In this document: piece by piece, positions 25,540 to 39,088 of the stretch
How the letters are laid out: each line of letters starts with the position of its first letter
Numbering within the stretch: the first letter of the stretch is position 1
Assembly (NCBI RefSeq): GCF_006345805.1
Contig: NC_042998.1
Coordinates: forward strand, 182,838,001 to 182,902,000
Source: Octopus sinensis
Lineage: Eukaryota
Direction of reading: 5' to 3'
Length of the DNA stretch: 64,000 nt
Notes under the pieces: model-generated
Told to the model about the DNA's origin: nothing
Database searches by the model: none
Seen by the model: only the letters and a program-made list of their open reading frames with translations
Program-made: the position numbers and the translations under genes

Positions 25540-26164
25540 CAAGACTAGTCAGGCCATAACCCGTGGCCCCTACCTGGGACGTAGTCAGTCCACCTGTGCA
25601 TACCTTCCTTCTTGTGACACTTGTGAAGACCTGTTGAGGCAAGTGAAAATCAAATCAAATCAAAACAAACCAAAATAGATGAACATCAATGGAATTTGTA
25701 TCTTTGTGGTACCAGTGCCGGTGGCACACAAGAAAATCATCCGAAAGTGGCCGTAGCCAGTACCGCATAGACTGGCCTCCGTGCTTTGGGGACGTAACAA
25801 ACACCATCCGATTGTGGCCGTCCGCCAGCCTCATCTGGCACCTGTGTCGGTGGTGGCACATAAAAACACCATCCGAGCGTGGCCGTCTGCCAGCCTCGTC
25901 TGGCACCTGTGTCGGTGGCACATAAAAACACCATCCGAGCGTGGCCGTTCGCCAGCCTCGTCTGGCACCTGTGTCGGTGGCACATAAAATCACCCACTAC
26001 ACTCTCGGAGTGGTTGGCGTTAGGAAGAGCATCCAGCTGTAGAAACACTGCCAGATCTGACTGGCCTGGTGCAGCCTTCGGGCTCCCCAGACCCCAGTTG
26101 AACCGTCCAACCCATGCTAGCATGGAAAACGGACGCTAAATGATGATGATGATGATGATGATGA
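25540..26164 (+). mobile_element. Longest family B copy (RTE-like 3' end) with about 5 internal modules
   Basis: Two near-exact 62-bp modules at 25857-25918 and 25919-25980; ends in ..GGACGCTAAATGATGATG. Confidence 0.72.
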
Positions 26165-27189
26165 TACGCTTGCATTAAATTCAATTAATTATTTATGATT
26201 AGATTACCATAGAGATAAAGACAAAATTTACAAAAAGGTATTGTTTTCTTGTAAAAGGAAATGATTATGGGTATTAGAATTAATCTGGGTGGTAAATTTA
26301 ATCCATTGTTGGTTTAACACAACAATGTGGTTTTGGGTACCTTCAGTTAAGTTCACTCTGTTGCAAGCTTTCAGGAACCAATTCTCCCTTCCTCCTACTA
26401 GTCTTGGAGGCCCTGAAAAGAAAAAGAGTTATGATCACTGCCCTTTTCTCCAAGGCCAAATAGTAAAAAACAAAATTTACTATTATTTTTTATGACTAGA
26501 TTTTGCACCACCTAGAAATAAACCAAAATTTGAGGCTCTTAAATCATTCCAGGGTTCTGATAAGAATAATAGTTTGAACAACAAACAGTGGCTCAGATCA
26601 GATTCCTGGAAGTAAACAGTGTAAAGATTGTTTCATACTTAGCTCTGTAGTTGTACAGAAAATACCTCCTAATAGTTATCTCAAAAATTATTCTGTAATA
26701 GGCACTTCGTGATTTACTTTCACTTAACATTACTAAACTGCTGATTATACAAACTCAAAGAAACAAACTCACAATAAGACTAAAATGACCAAAGTTAAAT
26801 TTTTAAACTTATTATTCTTTTGGATAACAATTCCATGTTTACCATGCATGTTCCAAATAACCTAGATTGCATTACAAATTTACAAATACTAGATTTCATT
26901 TCCATATTAGAAAATACTTCAGTCCTGAACAGCTGTCCACGTCATGAAAAATACAACTATACTGTATTGTGGATTTAATCAAACAGCTGGTATGGGACAC
27001 CCCATTGCATGCTTATATTCTAAACTGCATCTAAAAATAGGTCATTTGCTTGACAGACAATTCTTTATTTGTAAACATTGTGCTGTTAGCTAGTATGTCA
27101 CCAGGAGAGTCATGAAATCACATGTTGCTTATTCTAGGTTGTAACTGCCATCTCTTTTTACACCTCTTAGGTGAGATACAGTTCTTCAA

Positions 27190-27603
27190 CTATAATAATA
27201 ATAATAATAATATAATAATAATAATAATGAAATTATTGTATACAGTGCTCAGGTGCACCACAACTTGTCAAAAGTGCGTATAAAGCATATGCAGTAATGT
27301 ACAAATGTCTGGAAAGCGAGCAGTGTATAAGTCAGATACATGCTTGCGTATGTATGGAGGGGAGAAAATCAGGTGTAGTGTTGGCGAATCTCAGGAAGCA
27401 TGGAAGTTTTGAAGGATGCAGTGCTCCGACAACTAACAACTGATGCCGGCAGTTTGTTCCATGCTTCAGCAACTCTCAGCATGAAAAAATGTTTCCGAAA
27501 GTCATGGGAGCTGTGCTGTTTTCTGACTTTGTAAATATGCCCACGGGTGTTAGACGGGTGGAGTTTGAAAAGGTGCTCAGAGTTATAGTGAAGGTAATTC
27601 ATG
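27190..27603 (-). mobile_element. CR1-type LINE 3' fragment
   Basis: ORF 27369-27602 (HLFKLHPSNTRGHIYKVRKQHSSHDFRKHFFMLRVAEAWNKLP) plus 3' UTR and (ATT)n tail. Confidence 0.85.
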
Positions 27604-27841
27604 TAAGAGTATGGGAACTCTGAATAAAAACGTTATGACATGAAAGCAAACTGTATAAAGATGTGTAGGAGAAACGGTCTTTTATGACATAATGACAGCT
27701 ATGTAACTAAAAGAGCAGCCATTCTGGACATAAACTGCGTTACTTAACATATGACATTTAGAATTGCTTTAAGTATAATGTGCTAACTATAGTAGTTTAG
27801 TTTGTGAATGTGATTTCAGTTCCTGGGTCTTTCAAACAATA

Positions 27842-28040
27842 CCATATTTGATGGTATATAAGATAACTTTCTTTCCTCAAAAAAAAAAAATCCTTCATAA
27901 AACCAGCCCAGACCTTAAATGTGAAGTTGGGCCTCCCAGAAGTTAATTTTGTCTAAAACCGTTTTTTTAATCTGAATATATACTGTTGTGATTGGGGTCC
28001 ATCTAATATGCCTGTGCAACTTTTATGCCATCAAAAATGG
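27842..28040. mobile_element. Tc2/pogo-type MITE, 199 bp
   Basis: TA|CCATATTTGATGG.ATA ... TATGCCATCAAAAATGG|TA; same family as 40064-40253. Confidence 0.75.
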
Positions 28041-29329
28041 TATATACTCTGGTTCAAGCTGAATGAGTAACATCACAAATTGACCGTAGAATAAGAAGAA
28101 TCTACTCTGTTGATTTAATGAAGGGTTTGGCTTGATATTCTGAGAAGATCACCAAATATGACAAGCACTTGAAAAAGGCTAGGTATACTATCTTATTTGT
28201 AGATACCCTCAATAGCATGCTAATTATGAGTTATAAGTATGTACCAAGATGAAGATATAGAGCTTCTGGTGGATGCTGTCTGAGGACTTAATGTTTGTAT
28301 TCTACATCTAGTTATTTTTTTTTTTTGTTTTAGTCATCACAACTAAGGCTATGATGGAGTGTATAAAAATAGTATATAATCAAGTGATAAAATAAGAAAT
28401 AATTGTTGATTAGAAGTTTTGTTACTGATTTAAGATTTAATACTTATTTCATTACTGCTTTCAAGAATAGGTATTTAAAATTAAACCAGCAACAAGGCTT
28501 TCAGTTTATAGCTATTTGTTATTTTATCACTCTGCTAAACATTGTTATCATGTGTTCATCCAAATACCCATTTATACATCCATTTATTTACCTCTTATCA
28601 TCATTTGCTGTTTCTATACTCATCACTTAGATTTCACATAACTGCACCTATCCACTACCCATAGTTTAAAAGTGTCAGATCTCTCAAGATTGTTAAGAGC
28701 ATCAGATTTCGTACAATGGTTATTCAGAGATATCCAAGGATGGAAGAATAGCATTAAAAATTTGAGGTGCAGTTGTTTAAAAGTAATCTTGAGAGTTATA
28801 AATCACATAGATGAAATTACAAAGGATAGAAATATACCTACATTAAGGATGGGAACAGACATAAATTATGATGACGAACATTGTGAAGAATACTTTGAGA
28901 ATTTCACTCCTGTTATAGAAGATGCCTGACCATAGTTCAGGAAAGGCTGGTTTAACATCAGTTTACTAAATAGTTTTGGGGTACATCAGTGTTTTTCAAG
29001 GTGGGGAAAGGGGAATGCCTATATATAGGTAGAACATTGAACTTCAGAAGGGAGTCTGGGATTAATAACTACAATAAAGTCTTAAAATTTCTAAAGAGTA
29101 TACAGGTGAAATAAACATCAGACATGTTTCTGTTCGCTACATAGAAACTGCAGAAACTACTTAAAATCACGATGTTCGTAACTGTTCCGTATCTTCACCT
29201 GAGTGGAGCAGTGATGGCTGAATTAGATTTTGTCTACAGAAGGATTCCATCTGTGGTCACTTGTTAACCACAATCACATGAAACTAGTCTATATACTTTG
29301 TTCATTCATGATAGAGTGCTTTTCTTAAT

Positions 29330-29469
29330 GTATATATGTATATATATATATTATATATATATAATATCTGTATGTATATATATATATATATCTGTATGTA
29401 TATATATATATATATCTGTATGTATATATATATATATATATTCTGTATGTATATATATATATATATCTG

Positions 29470-29520
<51 letters not shown>

Positions 29521-29525
29521 GTATG

Positions 29526-29592
<67 letters not shown>
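29330..29592. repeat. Compound TCTGTATG(TA)n minisatellite/microsatellite
   Basis: Several TCTGTATGTATA.. units with variable TA number. Confidence 0.95.
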
Positions 29593-29595
<3 letters not shown>

Positions 29596-29790
29596 CGGAG
29601 ATGTACTTGCATAGCAAGTGATTTGATCTGAGATCGTGTGCTGAAACGAAAGCAATTGCAGCGTGGAAGGTGTTTGTAAGCCATTTAAGAAACACACAAA
29701 AGCCATTCGATTCACTTCAACATTTAAGTTTAATTTGTCAAAATATTTTCGTTGCTTTAAGACCGCGACCTGTTCACTGACAAAAATCCG
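29593..29790 (-). mobile_element. Probable Penelope-like fragment with degenerate hammerhead-like motif (29736-29783)
   Basis: Minus strand: GTCA-gtgaacag-GTCGC..GCAAC-GAAA-ATATT-TTGAC. Stems I and II and a palindromic stem III are recognisable, but the core is mutated. CpG-rich and abutting (TA)n. Confidence 0.4.
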
Positions 29791-30115
29791 TTCTGTCTGT
29801 GTGTGTGTGTGTCTTCTAGGTTCTCGGGCATCCTCCATCCAATTGCACTCAAATTTGATATGTAGATACCGATGGTATCAGGGCATGTATAAGTCTTGAA
29901 AAAATACAAAAATCGATTCCAGGTGAGAATGCAATCGAAAAAGCCGTGGGAACGTGCATTTGTACACACAAGTACATCAGCTGTTGCGATCGATACTATG
30001 CGTACACGAGAAAAATGCACGTGTAGTTTGCACAAAAAAAGCTGGCTGGCTTGAAATAATGCCACAAAATGCAGTATATTTAAGAGACCAAAAAAGAGAT
30101 ATTTTCTTCAAACTT

Positions 30116-30272
30116 GGCTCCTAGGGGCATCCTGTCTTGAATTCCTCTGTTCTTTCCTGGAGAACTAAGATAAATAGGAGGGGGCTGAGAACTGAACCTT
30201 GGTGGACTCCTACCTTTACCTGGAATTCTTCACTGTACTTGCTGCCAACCCTCACCTTACTGACAGTCCCTG
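30116..30272 (-). pseudogene. RTE-clade reverse transcriptase fragment
   Basis: VSKVRVGSKYSEEFQVKVGVHQGSVLSPLLFILVLQERTEEFKTGCP*E; the QGSVLSPLLF RT motif is present, and W appears replaced by a stop before the expected LLYADD. Confidence 0.88.
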
Positions 30273-31250
30273 TGGAACACCTCCAAGACATCCACCTCGC
30301 CAATGACATCCCCAGTCTCATGCCATTTCCGCTCTACTGGTCACTTTTTGCAATACCTGTCCATGTTCGGATTGTCCTTGCACAGAGGCCATCTGGACTC
30401 CCATTTGCGCCGTGAACTGGGACTAATCTTCTCTCTTCGCTCCTTTGTGCCACATGGGCTCAACTCTCTTCCCTTCTTCATCTGACCTCCTCCCCTTGCC
30501 TCTTTCCCCCTCCCACCCACCGCCTCTCTTGCTCCAACTCCTTCTCTTCATCCCTACTTTCTTTCTCTCTTACTCTCTATCATACCCACCTTCCCCTTCT
30601 CCCTTCACTGTCAACCCTCCCCCATAAGCCCCCCTACACATTCCTACCCACCTTCCTTATCCTTCCAATCCCACCCCATCCCATCACTTACACCCTCTAA
30701 CCCCACTCTTTGCCTACCCACATACCCCACCTCTACCCCCAACCCTCAGCCTAACCCACACCCCACCCATACTTTCCCCATTCTCACCTCCCCCAACTCC
30801 CAACACCATCACACCACGCCACATTACACCATACCACACAACACATCACGTCACAACACATCACCACACACACACTAGCACTGACCAATTCCCATCCCCA
30901 CATTTTCACACCTACACATACACACACGCACATGTCAAGATCACCAGCCCTCTTTCACACGCACATACGTTCTCTCTTACACACACACACACCTTCGTTT
31001 TGGGATCACTACTACTTTGTTATCTCTCCTACTTACTTCTTAGCTCTCTTGTGTGACCCTTCTGTCCAGCATTCACCATGATAGATTGGTAGCCACTACA
31101 CACATTTTTATTCTCTCCTTGTTTCTTTCTGTGTTCCTTTCTGTGGAAGAGCGTAGGCTCGAAACGTTAAAGAATTTTTCACTTCTCGAGCATTAAACTA
31201 ATACATCTGTTTATTTTCTACACCACCTGTCTTTGTCTTTTGTTTTTTTC
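30273..31250 (+). mobile_element. Penelope-like element 3' part: GIY-YIG endonuclease C-terminus, C-rich 3' UTR, terminal repeat with hammerhead-like motif
   Basis: EHLQDIHLAND/PVSCHFRSTGH..L..FGLSLHRGH.DS.LRRELGLIFSLRSFVPHGLN (frameshift near 30311; stop at 30483-30485). At 31137-31172: CTTT-CTGTGGA-A-GAGC gtag GCTC-GAAACGT-T-AAAG. Confidence 0.75.
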
Positions 31251-31256
31251 GAAAAT

Positions 31257-31535
<279 letters not shown>

Positions 31536-31537
31536 CA

Positions 31538-31735
31538 TAAGTTAATCCAAACAAGAAAGCACAAAAAATCACAACAACGTGAGGACGTGGAACAATATAG
31601 TATTATTGGACGCTCAGGAAAGAAGGAAGGAGGAGGGTTAACGTTTCGAGTGGAGCTCTTCATCAGAAACATAGGAGAAGGAAAGATTCAGCGACGAGAA
31701 GACAGAGGAAAAAAATCGCCAATGGTACACACGGA
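31538..31735 (-). mobile_element. Second copy of the 1843-2065 Penelope-like fragment; hammerhead-like motif with CTGATGA core (31636-31672)
   Basis: Minus strand: TGTTT-CTGATGA-A-GAG ctcca CTC-GAAACGTT. Confidence 0.62.
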
Positions 31736-31803
31736 AAAACCCATAGCGCGGTATTATAATATATATATATATATATATACACATATATGCATAAATATAC
31801 CAC

Positions 31804-31833
<30 letters not shown>

Positions 31834-31837
<4 letters not shown>

Positions 31838-31990
31838 TTATTTGAGACAAAACACTATTTTGCAAAACAAACAAGGAAAGACTTAATCAATACATAAAAT
31901 TTAATAATAGGACTATTTATTAAATTTTAGTATTGAATAAGTCTTTCCTTGTTTGTTTTGGCAAATAGTGGTTTTGTCTCAAATAATATT
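31834..31990. repeat. Fold-back palindrome, ~77-bp arms, 2-nt centre
   Basis: AATATTATTTGAGACAAAA..TAATAG / CTATT..TTTTGTCTCAAATAATATT with only a few mismatches and indels. Confidence 0.9.
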
Positions 31991-34900
31991 TTATAATTTT
32001 ACTATAAAATTGGATTAATCCTAAATCTGATTTTTTTTCCCTGTAAATTTGGATATTCCCTAATATTATTATATATATATATATATATATATATAATACA
32101 TGTGTGTGTATATATAGTGTGTTATATACATATATACACATATATATACATATATATAATCTATATATACATACATATATATATACATGTATATATAATT
32201 GTAACTGTGGCAAAATGACCATTCCGAAATACAACAACATATATATATACACACCACACACACACACACACACAACACCAAACACACACAATCCACACAC
32301 ACACATATAATATATATATATAATATACATACAATATATACATGCATATATATACATATATATAGATATATATATATATATATCAAAGTAGGGCATGAGA
32401 CAGAAAATGGTAGAGAAACACTGGGTTTGATCCAACAATAATCTGTATAATTGAGTTATGGAGTTAGAGTTACTATAAATGCAATTTATAGTAACTCTAA
32501 TTCCACCATTCACTTACTATGAAGATAAAATTCATGATTAATCCTTTCCTTCGTTCTTAGTCATGTGACTTTTAAAACGTTACAAGTTCATCTTGGTTAC
32601 TAAGTGAATTAACAAATTGTACTGTCTTGAAGATTACCTTTATATCATTTGACACTTTCAGTTAGATGTAGTAACAGATAAATCTAATTTCATTTTTATT
32701 TTGCCATGGATTAATATCCTCTTGTTCTAGAATTTATTTTCTTCATTTCCACAATCTGCAGTTAATCTTTTCTTGAGTCTATCAAGAAAAGCTGCTCCAA
32801 CATCAACTGTTTAACTTGACTTATTCATCATAATGTTAGTCAGGTATAAAGAGTTATGGCTTTCTGTTGCATTGATAACTTGTTACAGCTCTTGCTGAAA
32901 TGTAGTTGTACAGTTTTCATTAAAAAGAACAAATATTAGAATTATTGTAGAAAAGCTGTCGTTGTTCGTCTTCAGATCAATAACTTCTGAGAATAGGACT
33001 ACTGTTAGAATTATTGGCAAAGTTAGAAATGAAAATTTCAAGGATTCAAATTTAAATTCTTTTATTTTCATTTTTGTTTGTCTGTTTTTTTTATGAGAGA
33101 AACTTTATACTGTATTTAAAATAAATAAACAGGCTAAAACATAATTATAAGCTCTTTAAAATAAAATGTCAAAATATAAAGTAAAAATTTGGAATTTTCT
33201 GTAAAAGATTAAGATGCAGAGATTTCCCAAATATTATTTCAATGGAAAATATTTCCCAACTATTTTTTAATTGAAAATTTGATTTCATATTTTCTGGACA
33301 AGAGGCAGACTATTTTGGCCAGAGATGGTCAATTTGAATGATAAAGGGTTAAACTAGAATATAATATTTTTTGGCTTCTGTCACATCCACAGAGTCCATT
33401 CTTTAAATCTTAGCAGAACCAAAACTAATAGCTGTCTGTGCAAAAGAGATTCCATCTATAACTCACAGGATCAGTAAAAATTGCAAATATGTTGAACTAT
33501 TAACAGAAAAAGCCACTATCAATTTTTTTTTTCTTAGCAGTTTTTGAAATGACTTTCACTTTACTAGTGAACATGTTTAATATCATCATCAATTCAACAG
33601 CCACTTATCTCTACTAGAATGATTTAGACGTATTAGCTATAACGTATGTTGAAATTATCTGTCTTTCATCATCTCAACTATGATGCCCAGCATCATGAGA
33701 TTTAGCCTCGTCATTTCTTAACATATCTTCTTCAATTTACCTGGTCTATATACTCCCTCTGTTGACAGCACACAGCACTGTTTCAGCCAGCATTTATAGT
33801 TGAGTCAACATCATCTGTTGTTTACATCAGCTGACACCTTGTACCTAACCTAGCTGTTCTCTCAGATCATTTGTACTCTAGTTTTCATGCAAGTCAACGT
33901 GACATATTCAATGTATGCTACCTGACATATTTCTCTCCACCAATCCCAGATTATCTAATTAAATGCCCAAGTTCTTATGTCTTCTTCTTATCTTTATTTT
34001 TTTTTTGTTATTTATGACTGTTGTTTATCCCAGGTCAGACTTGATTGTGTAGATATTTAATCAAAAGCACTCAATCCATGACTATCCAATCTTTTTTTGA
34101 GACATTGTGTACATCAAACTACATTAGCAAATGTGTTCTATGTTGTGAGTGGGAGTTGGTAGACAAAAACTGTGCAGGAGCCAATCATATATACAGTTAT
34201 GTATGTGTGTCAAATCCACTGATGTATATTGGCATGCAATATAAGTAGTGGTGAGGTGGTGAGCTCGCAGAATCATTAGCGTGCCAGGCAAAAAGCTTAG
34301 CAGTATTTCATCTGTCTTTACGTTCTGAGTTCAAATTCTGCTGAGGTTGACTTTGCCTTTGATTTCTCTTCAGAGTTGATAAAATAAGTATCTGTTGATA
34401 CTGAGGTTGGTGTAATCAACTTATCCCATCCCCCCTAAAATTGCTGGCCTTGTGCCAATAATATGAAACCAATATTAGCAGTAGTGAGTAAACCAACAAA
34501 CAGTGCTTCACAAGCAAAGTTCTTTTCGTCAGGTTAGATACTCCCTTGTCACTCCTCACCACTAAAACAACATAGTGAATCAGCGTTTAATTGTTGGCAG
34601 TAGTGTAGCTAGAGGATGGCAGTCTGTCTTGACACTTTCATAGGGACAGCACTTTTGTGTTTGCTGCATAAGTTCGTATAGGTTTGGGTGATGGTAGCAG
34701 GTGGCAAACTCTAGAGCTACCCTGGATGGCACACACTCTTGCTATACCATTTGACTGTTGGAAGCTTATAATCAACAACAGACACAAAAGAAATAAATCT
34801 CTTGTTCTTGGTTTCTCTTCTAAACATCTTGTTTCTCTCCTAACTTCCTGATATCATTCTTTGATGTTTCATTTGTCCACAACTCTTTCATTTGCCTTAC

Positions 34901-35387
34901 AACTCTTTTCCTCTATCCCATTGTCACCTCTACAACGGTTTCATTGAACTAGTCCTTTTGATCATCCTTCATCTTATTTATATATCAGTATCATGAGATT
35001 CCATCACAGCTATTTCTTGTTTCTTATTACTGATAACCTCTAATAAATTTGGAGACTGATACTTGTATCTGAAAGTTTATATATCATTCAGTCAGTCTAA
35101 TATAGCTAAGTTATATGTTTCACTCCTGATAAAACAAAATCTTGCTACTTTCAGTAAACAAGAGAAATTGAAAACATTGTCTTGATGACACCTGCTTTGC
35201 ATGGTATATTAACACTGCTTCTCTTCTTATAGAATTAATGCAAATCACAAACACACCATAAACTAATAGTATATTGTATAACACTAAAGATAGATCCTTA
35301 ACTAGACAAGCTAATTGGGCATTAGAAATAATTAAATAACAAATAACACAGATAAAATGGATTTAAATCGAGTAATACCCACTTATC

Positions 35388-35451
<64 letters not shown>

Positions 35452-38400
35452 GGTATTATTAAGGCGGTGATCTGGCAGAATCATTACCATGCCAAGCAAA
35501 ATGCTTAGCGGCATTCTGTGTGTCTTTACGTCCTGAGTTCAAATTCCACTGATGACTTTGCCTGTCATCCTTTCAAGGTTGATAAAATAAGTACCAGTTG
35601 AGCTTTGGGGTTGATGTAATTGACTTACCCCACCCCCTCACTTGCTGGCCTTGTGCCAAAATCTGAAACCCTTGTTAATATTATTATTATTATTATTTTT
35701 ATTATTATTATTTTGGTGGGCTGACAGATTTATTAGAGTATCAGTGAAAATTCTTTGAAGAAATTATTCTGGCTTCTTTTTTAAGTTCTGAGTTCAAAAC
35801 TTACTGAGGTTAACATAGCTTTTCATGCTTTCATGGGCCAATAAAATAAAATACTAGTAATGTTCTAAAATCAACTTAATCAACTAAACCCTCTCCAAAG
35901 TTTGAGACTTTGTTCTTACATAACAAATTATTATTATTTCGGTTGCTAAAGTTACTTTTGTTGCAGCCATTTATTTTCACAGTTCAGAGCATTAAGCATT
36001 CAGCTGTGAAATCTGTTTTGCCTGATGGGAAAACTGAAACAAATGTAACTTTCCTATCAGAAACCCAACATTTTCATGACCATATTTCTCACAAATACTC
36101 TACTTGTATTCTTCAATTTCTCTTGAAAATAATCAAGCATTTGAAATCATCATCATTGTTTAACGTCTGCTTTCCATGCTAGCATGGGTTGGACGATTTG
36201 ACTAAGGGCTGGCAAACCAGATGGCTGCACCAGGCTTCAATCTTGATCTGGCAGAGTTTCTACAGCTGGATGCCCTTCCTAACGCCAACCACTCCGAGAG
36301 TATAGTAGGTGCTTTTACTTGCCACCAGCACAGGTCCAGTCAGGCGGTACTGGTAACAACCTCGCTTGAATCTTTTCACACATGCCACCAGCACAGGTGC
36401 CAGTAAGGTGCTGCTGGTAACGATCACGCTCGAATGGTGTCTTTTACAAGGCCAGATAGCTGCTCTGGCAATGATCATGCTCGGATGGTGCTCTTAAAAC
36501 CCTACTTAATAATATTTGAAATATTGAAATATTTATCAAAATAACCAACTTTGTTATTTATTAAATTTGTATTAAAGTTAGATCCTTTATCAGATAAGCT
36601 AATTAGAAATAAATAACAATTAACACAGATAAAATGTATATAAATCAACAACTGTCCATCTGGTCTGTTGTTATTATTCAAAATTTAACAAAAAAGTTCA
36701 TACATTAGATTATGGTAACAGGTTTTAATTTAAATATGAACAGTTCAAAATGAAAGGATTTTTATCATGGATCCAGTGGTAGTTTCAGGTCAGTTGTTGA
36801 TATTCAAATGGTTAAGGTTGCTTCCATTGTGATTCATGGTGATAAAGCATGATGGCAGCAAATGAACTTAGAATGAGACAATTATTAGAAAGTAGTGCTA
36901 CTGTTATTGAATAGTGTCAGGCAATGCTTCCCAAGTATTCTTTTAACATGTAGTTAGCTAATCAGATATTTACAAACAGTCCAAATGTTCTCATCTCAGG
37001 TATGACTACTATTAAAAGTATGGTCTAATGATGCCAAAACATGTACAGAGTTGTCACAGGACTTCTGTCTCACCTCACCCACTATATACCCACATGGATT
37101 TAAATTCTGGGGTTGCTTCCCCTGAATTAAGCTCACTTTGGATATTATTTTAAGATTTCTTAGTTTGTTGCATTAAGTATATTAAGTACATATTTTTGCT
37201 AATTAGCCTAAGTTTTGTGATTGACACAATTTTAAACTAAGCTCATTTTTTTAACCTTTGCTTCGTTTCAAATGATATTGTTAGACCTGCCAGAAATTAA
37301 GATTCTCATTAACATAGCTTTTTGAGTTTAAAGATCATTCACTTACAATGTATAAAATGATAATTCCAAATGGTTTTAGATATTAATTACTCTTACATTT
37401 TGTGCTGTTCTCAAATTATGATCGTTGGTGTAATATCTCAGTGATTTTTGCTTAAACAATTCCTCACAAATTCCAAACTTGTTTCATCTGACATTTGATA
37501 TGTCAGTCATATGTTGGTACAACTGCCAAAATATTCTGTATGTGTCTTTGGTTCTTTCAGCACAATCTAAAACTGTAGGCCTGTGTCATCACATCACTGA
37601 GACGCATGCAGAATTGTTTATTTTAAGTATGATGTAATATGATAGTGTAGCTGAGCTAGAGACAGAAAATGTATTATAACCTTCGTCTCTGCAGCTTCTT
37701 TCATATCTATGTTGCATTTGTGTTTTGTTTTCATAATTACCTTTGACTTCTTTGACTGTCTCTGCTCCCATCAGATTTATTTGTTTATTATTTTGCTATC
37801 TTCTACCGAATGTAAACAAAGGAAATATAAAATTAATGATTGGAATCACACACAGGAAAAAGAAAATAGGCAATATATTTATAATTTTATTCCCTATCAA
37901 CATGCACTTACATACCCTCCCAGAACTATTTTACCTTGAAATAATTTGCTATTCCTAATTACCTGTTACCTGTCAGTTCTTTTGTGAAACTTACAACCTT
38001 GCTTTCTTTCTTTCCTTTTTTTCTTATTCCCCATTCCTCCTTTTCAGACAGTTATTTCTCTGTTTGTTATTAATACTACAAATATTATACTAAACTATGT
38101 GGAATTGTGGTTTCATATAATGTTTATGTCAAGATTTCAAATGATGCAATTTCTCTGGTGCCATGTGGTAAACAAAGTATTCATATCAGGTAGCGAGTTA
38201 GATCAACTGTCAGACGGAAAACATTAATTACCCAATGGTTAAAGACAATTGCAAAGATCATAATGTTTTATAGGAAATTTCATTCTTTTCAAGAATGCAG
38301 AAAATTTGGATATTTATTTACATAGTAATTAATATTAAAACTTGTCATTGTGACTTGTCTTTATTAGGCACCTAATTCTGTTGATGCTGTTGGAATTGAA

Positions 38401-38653
38401 CTTGGCAGTGTTTTAACATGGTCTCGTGTTCATTAAGGCTTGTTTTCAGTCTCCCCACCCACCCATTTTTGTCTATATGGTGTTAGTGAACTGGCAATCG
38501 TTGGACTGTTGGATAGAATGCCATGCTGTGTTCATTCCAGTTCTTTGAATTCTAGGTTCAACTCCTGTTGATGTCAATCATGCCTTTCAGATTTCTGGAA
38601 ATGATGAATAATGTGTCTATGAGGCATTGGTGTGTGTGTGTGTAAAGAATTCA

Positions 38654-38708
<55 letters not shown>

Positions 38709-39047
38709 TTCTTATCAGAAGAATCAGGGTGGCCCAGTCACTGTTTCCCTTTCTCCAGCAATGGAGAATACTAATGATATACAGGTGCAGGTGTGATTCA
38801 CTTCCCAACCATTTCAGGCTCAGTCCTACTAAGTGGCATCTTGGACAGGTGGCTTCTACAACAACCTTGTGAGTGAATTTAGAAGATGGAATCTGAAAGA
38901 AACACATTATTTCTCTGTAAACATGCCTACAGTTTTAATCACTCTTCAGTAATGAGCTATCTTGAAAAGTCCCTGTTAAACATCTCTTATTGGGGGATAT
39001 TAAATCATTTTGATGATTTCTTTTTATTACAAACACATGATAACTTA

Positions 39048-39088
<41 letters not shown>

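Noticed and set aside
25700-25990. CRISPR-like repeat/spacer look of family B modules (and of the 20-bp array at 3228-4263)
   Set aside because: Eukaryotic DNA with no cas genes; the linkers are homologous to each other or absent.
34595-34755. Possible old MITE with CAGTAGTGTAGCTAGAG-like end
   Set aside because: Terminal repeats too diverged and no TSD seen.
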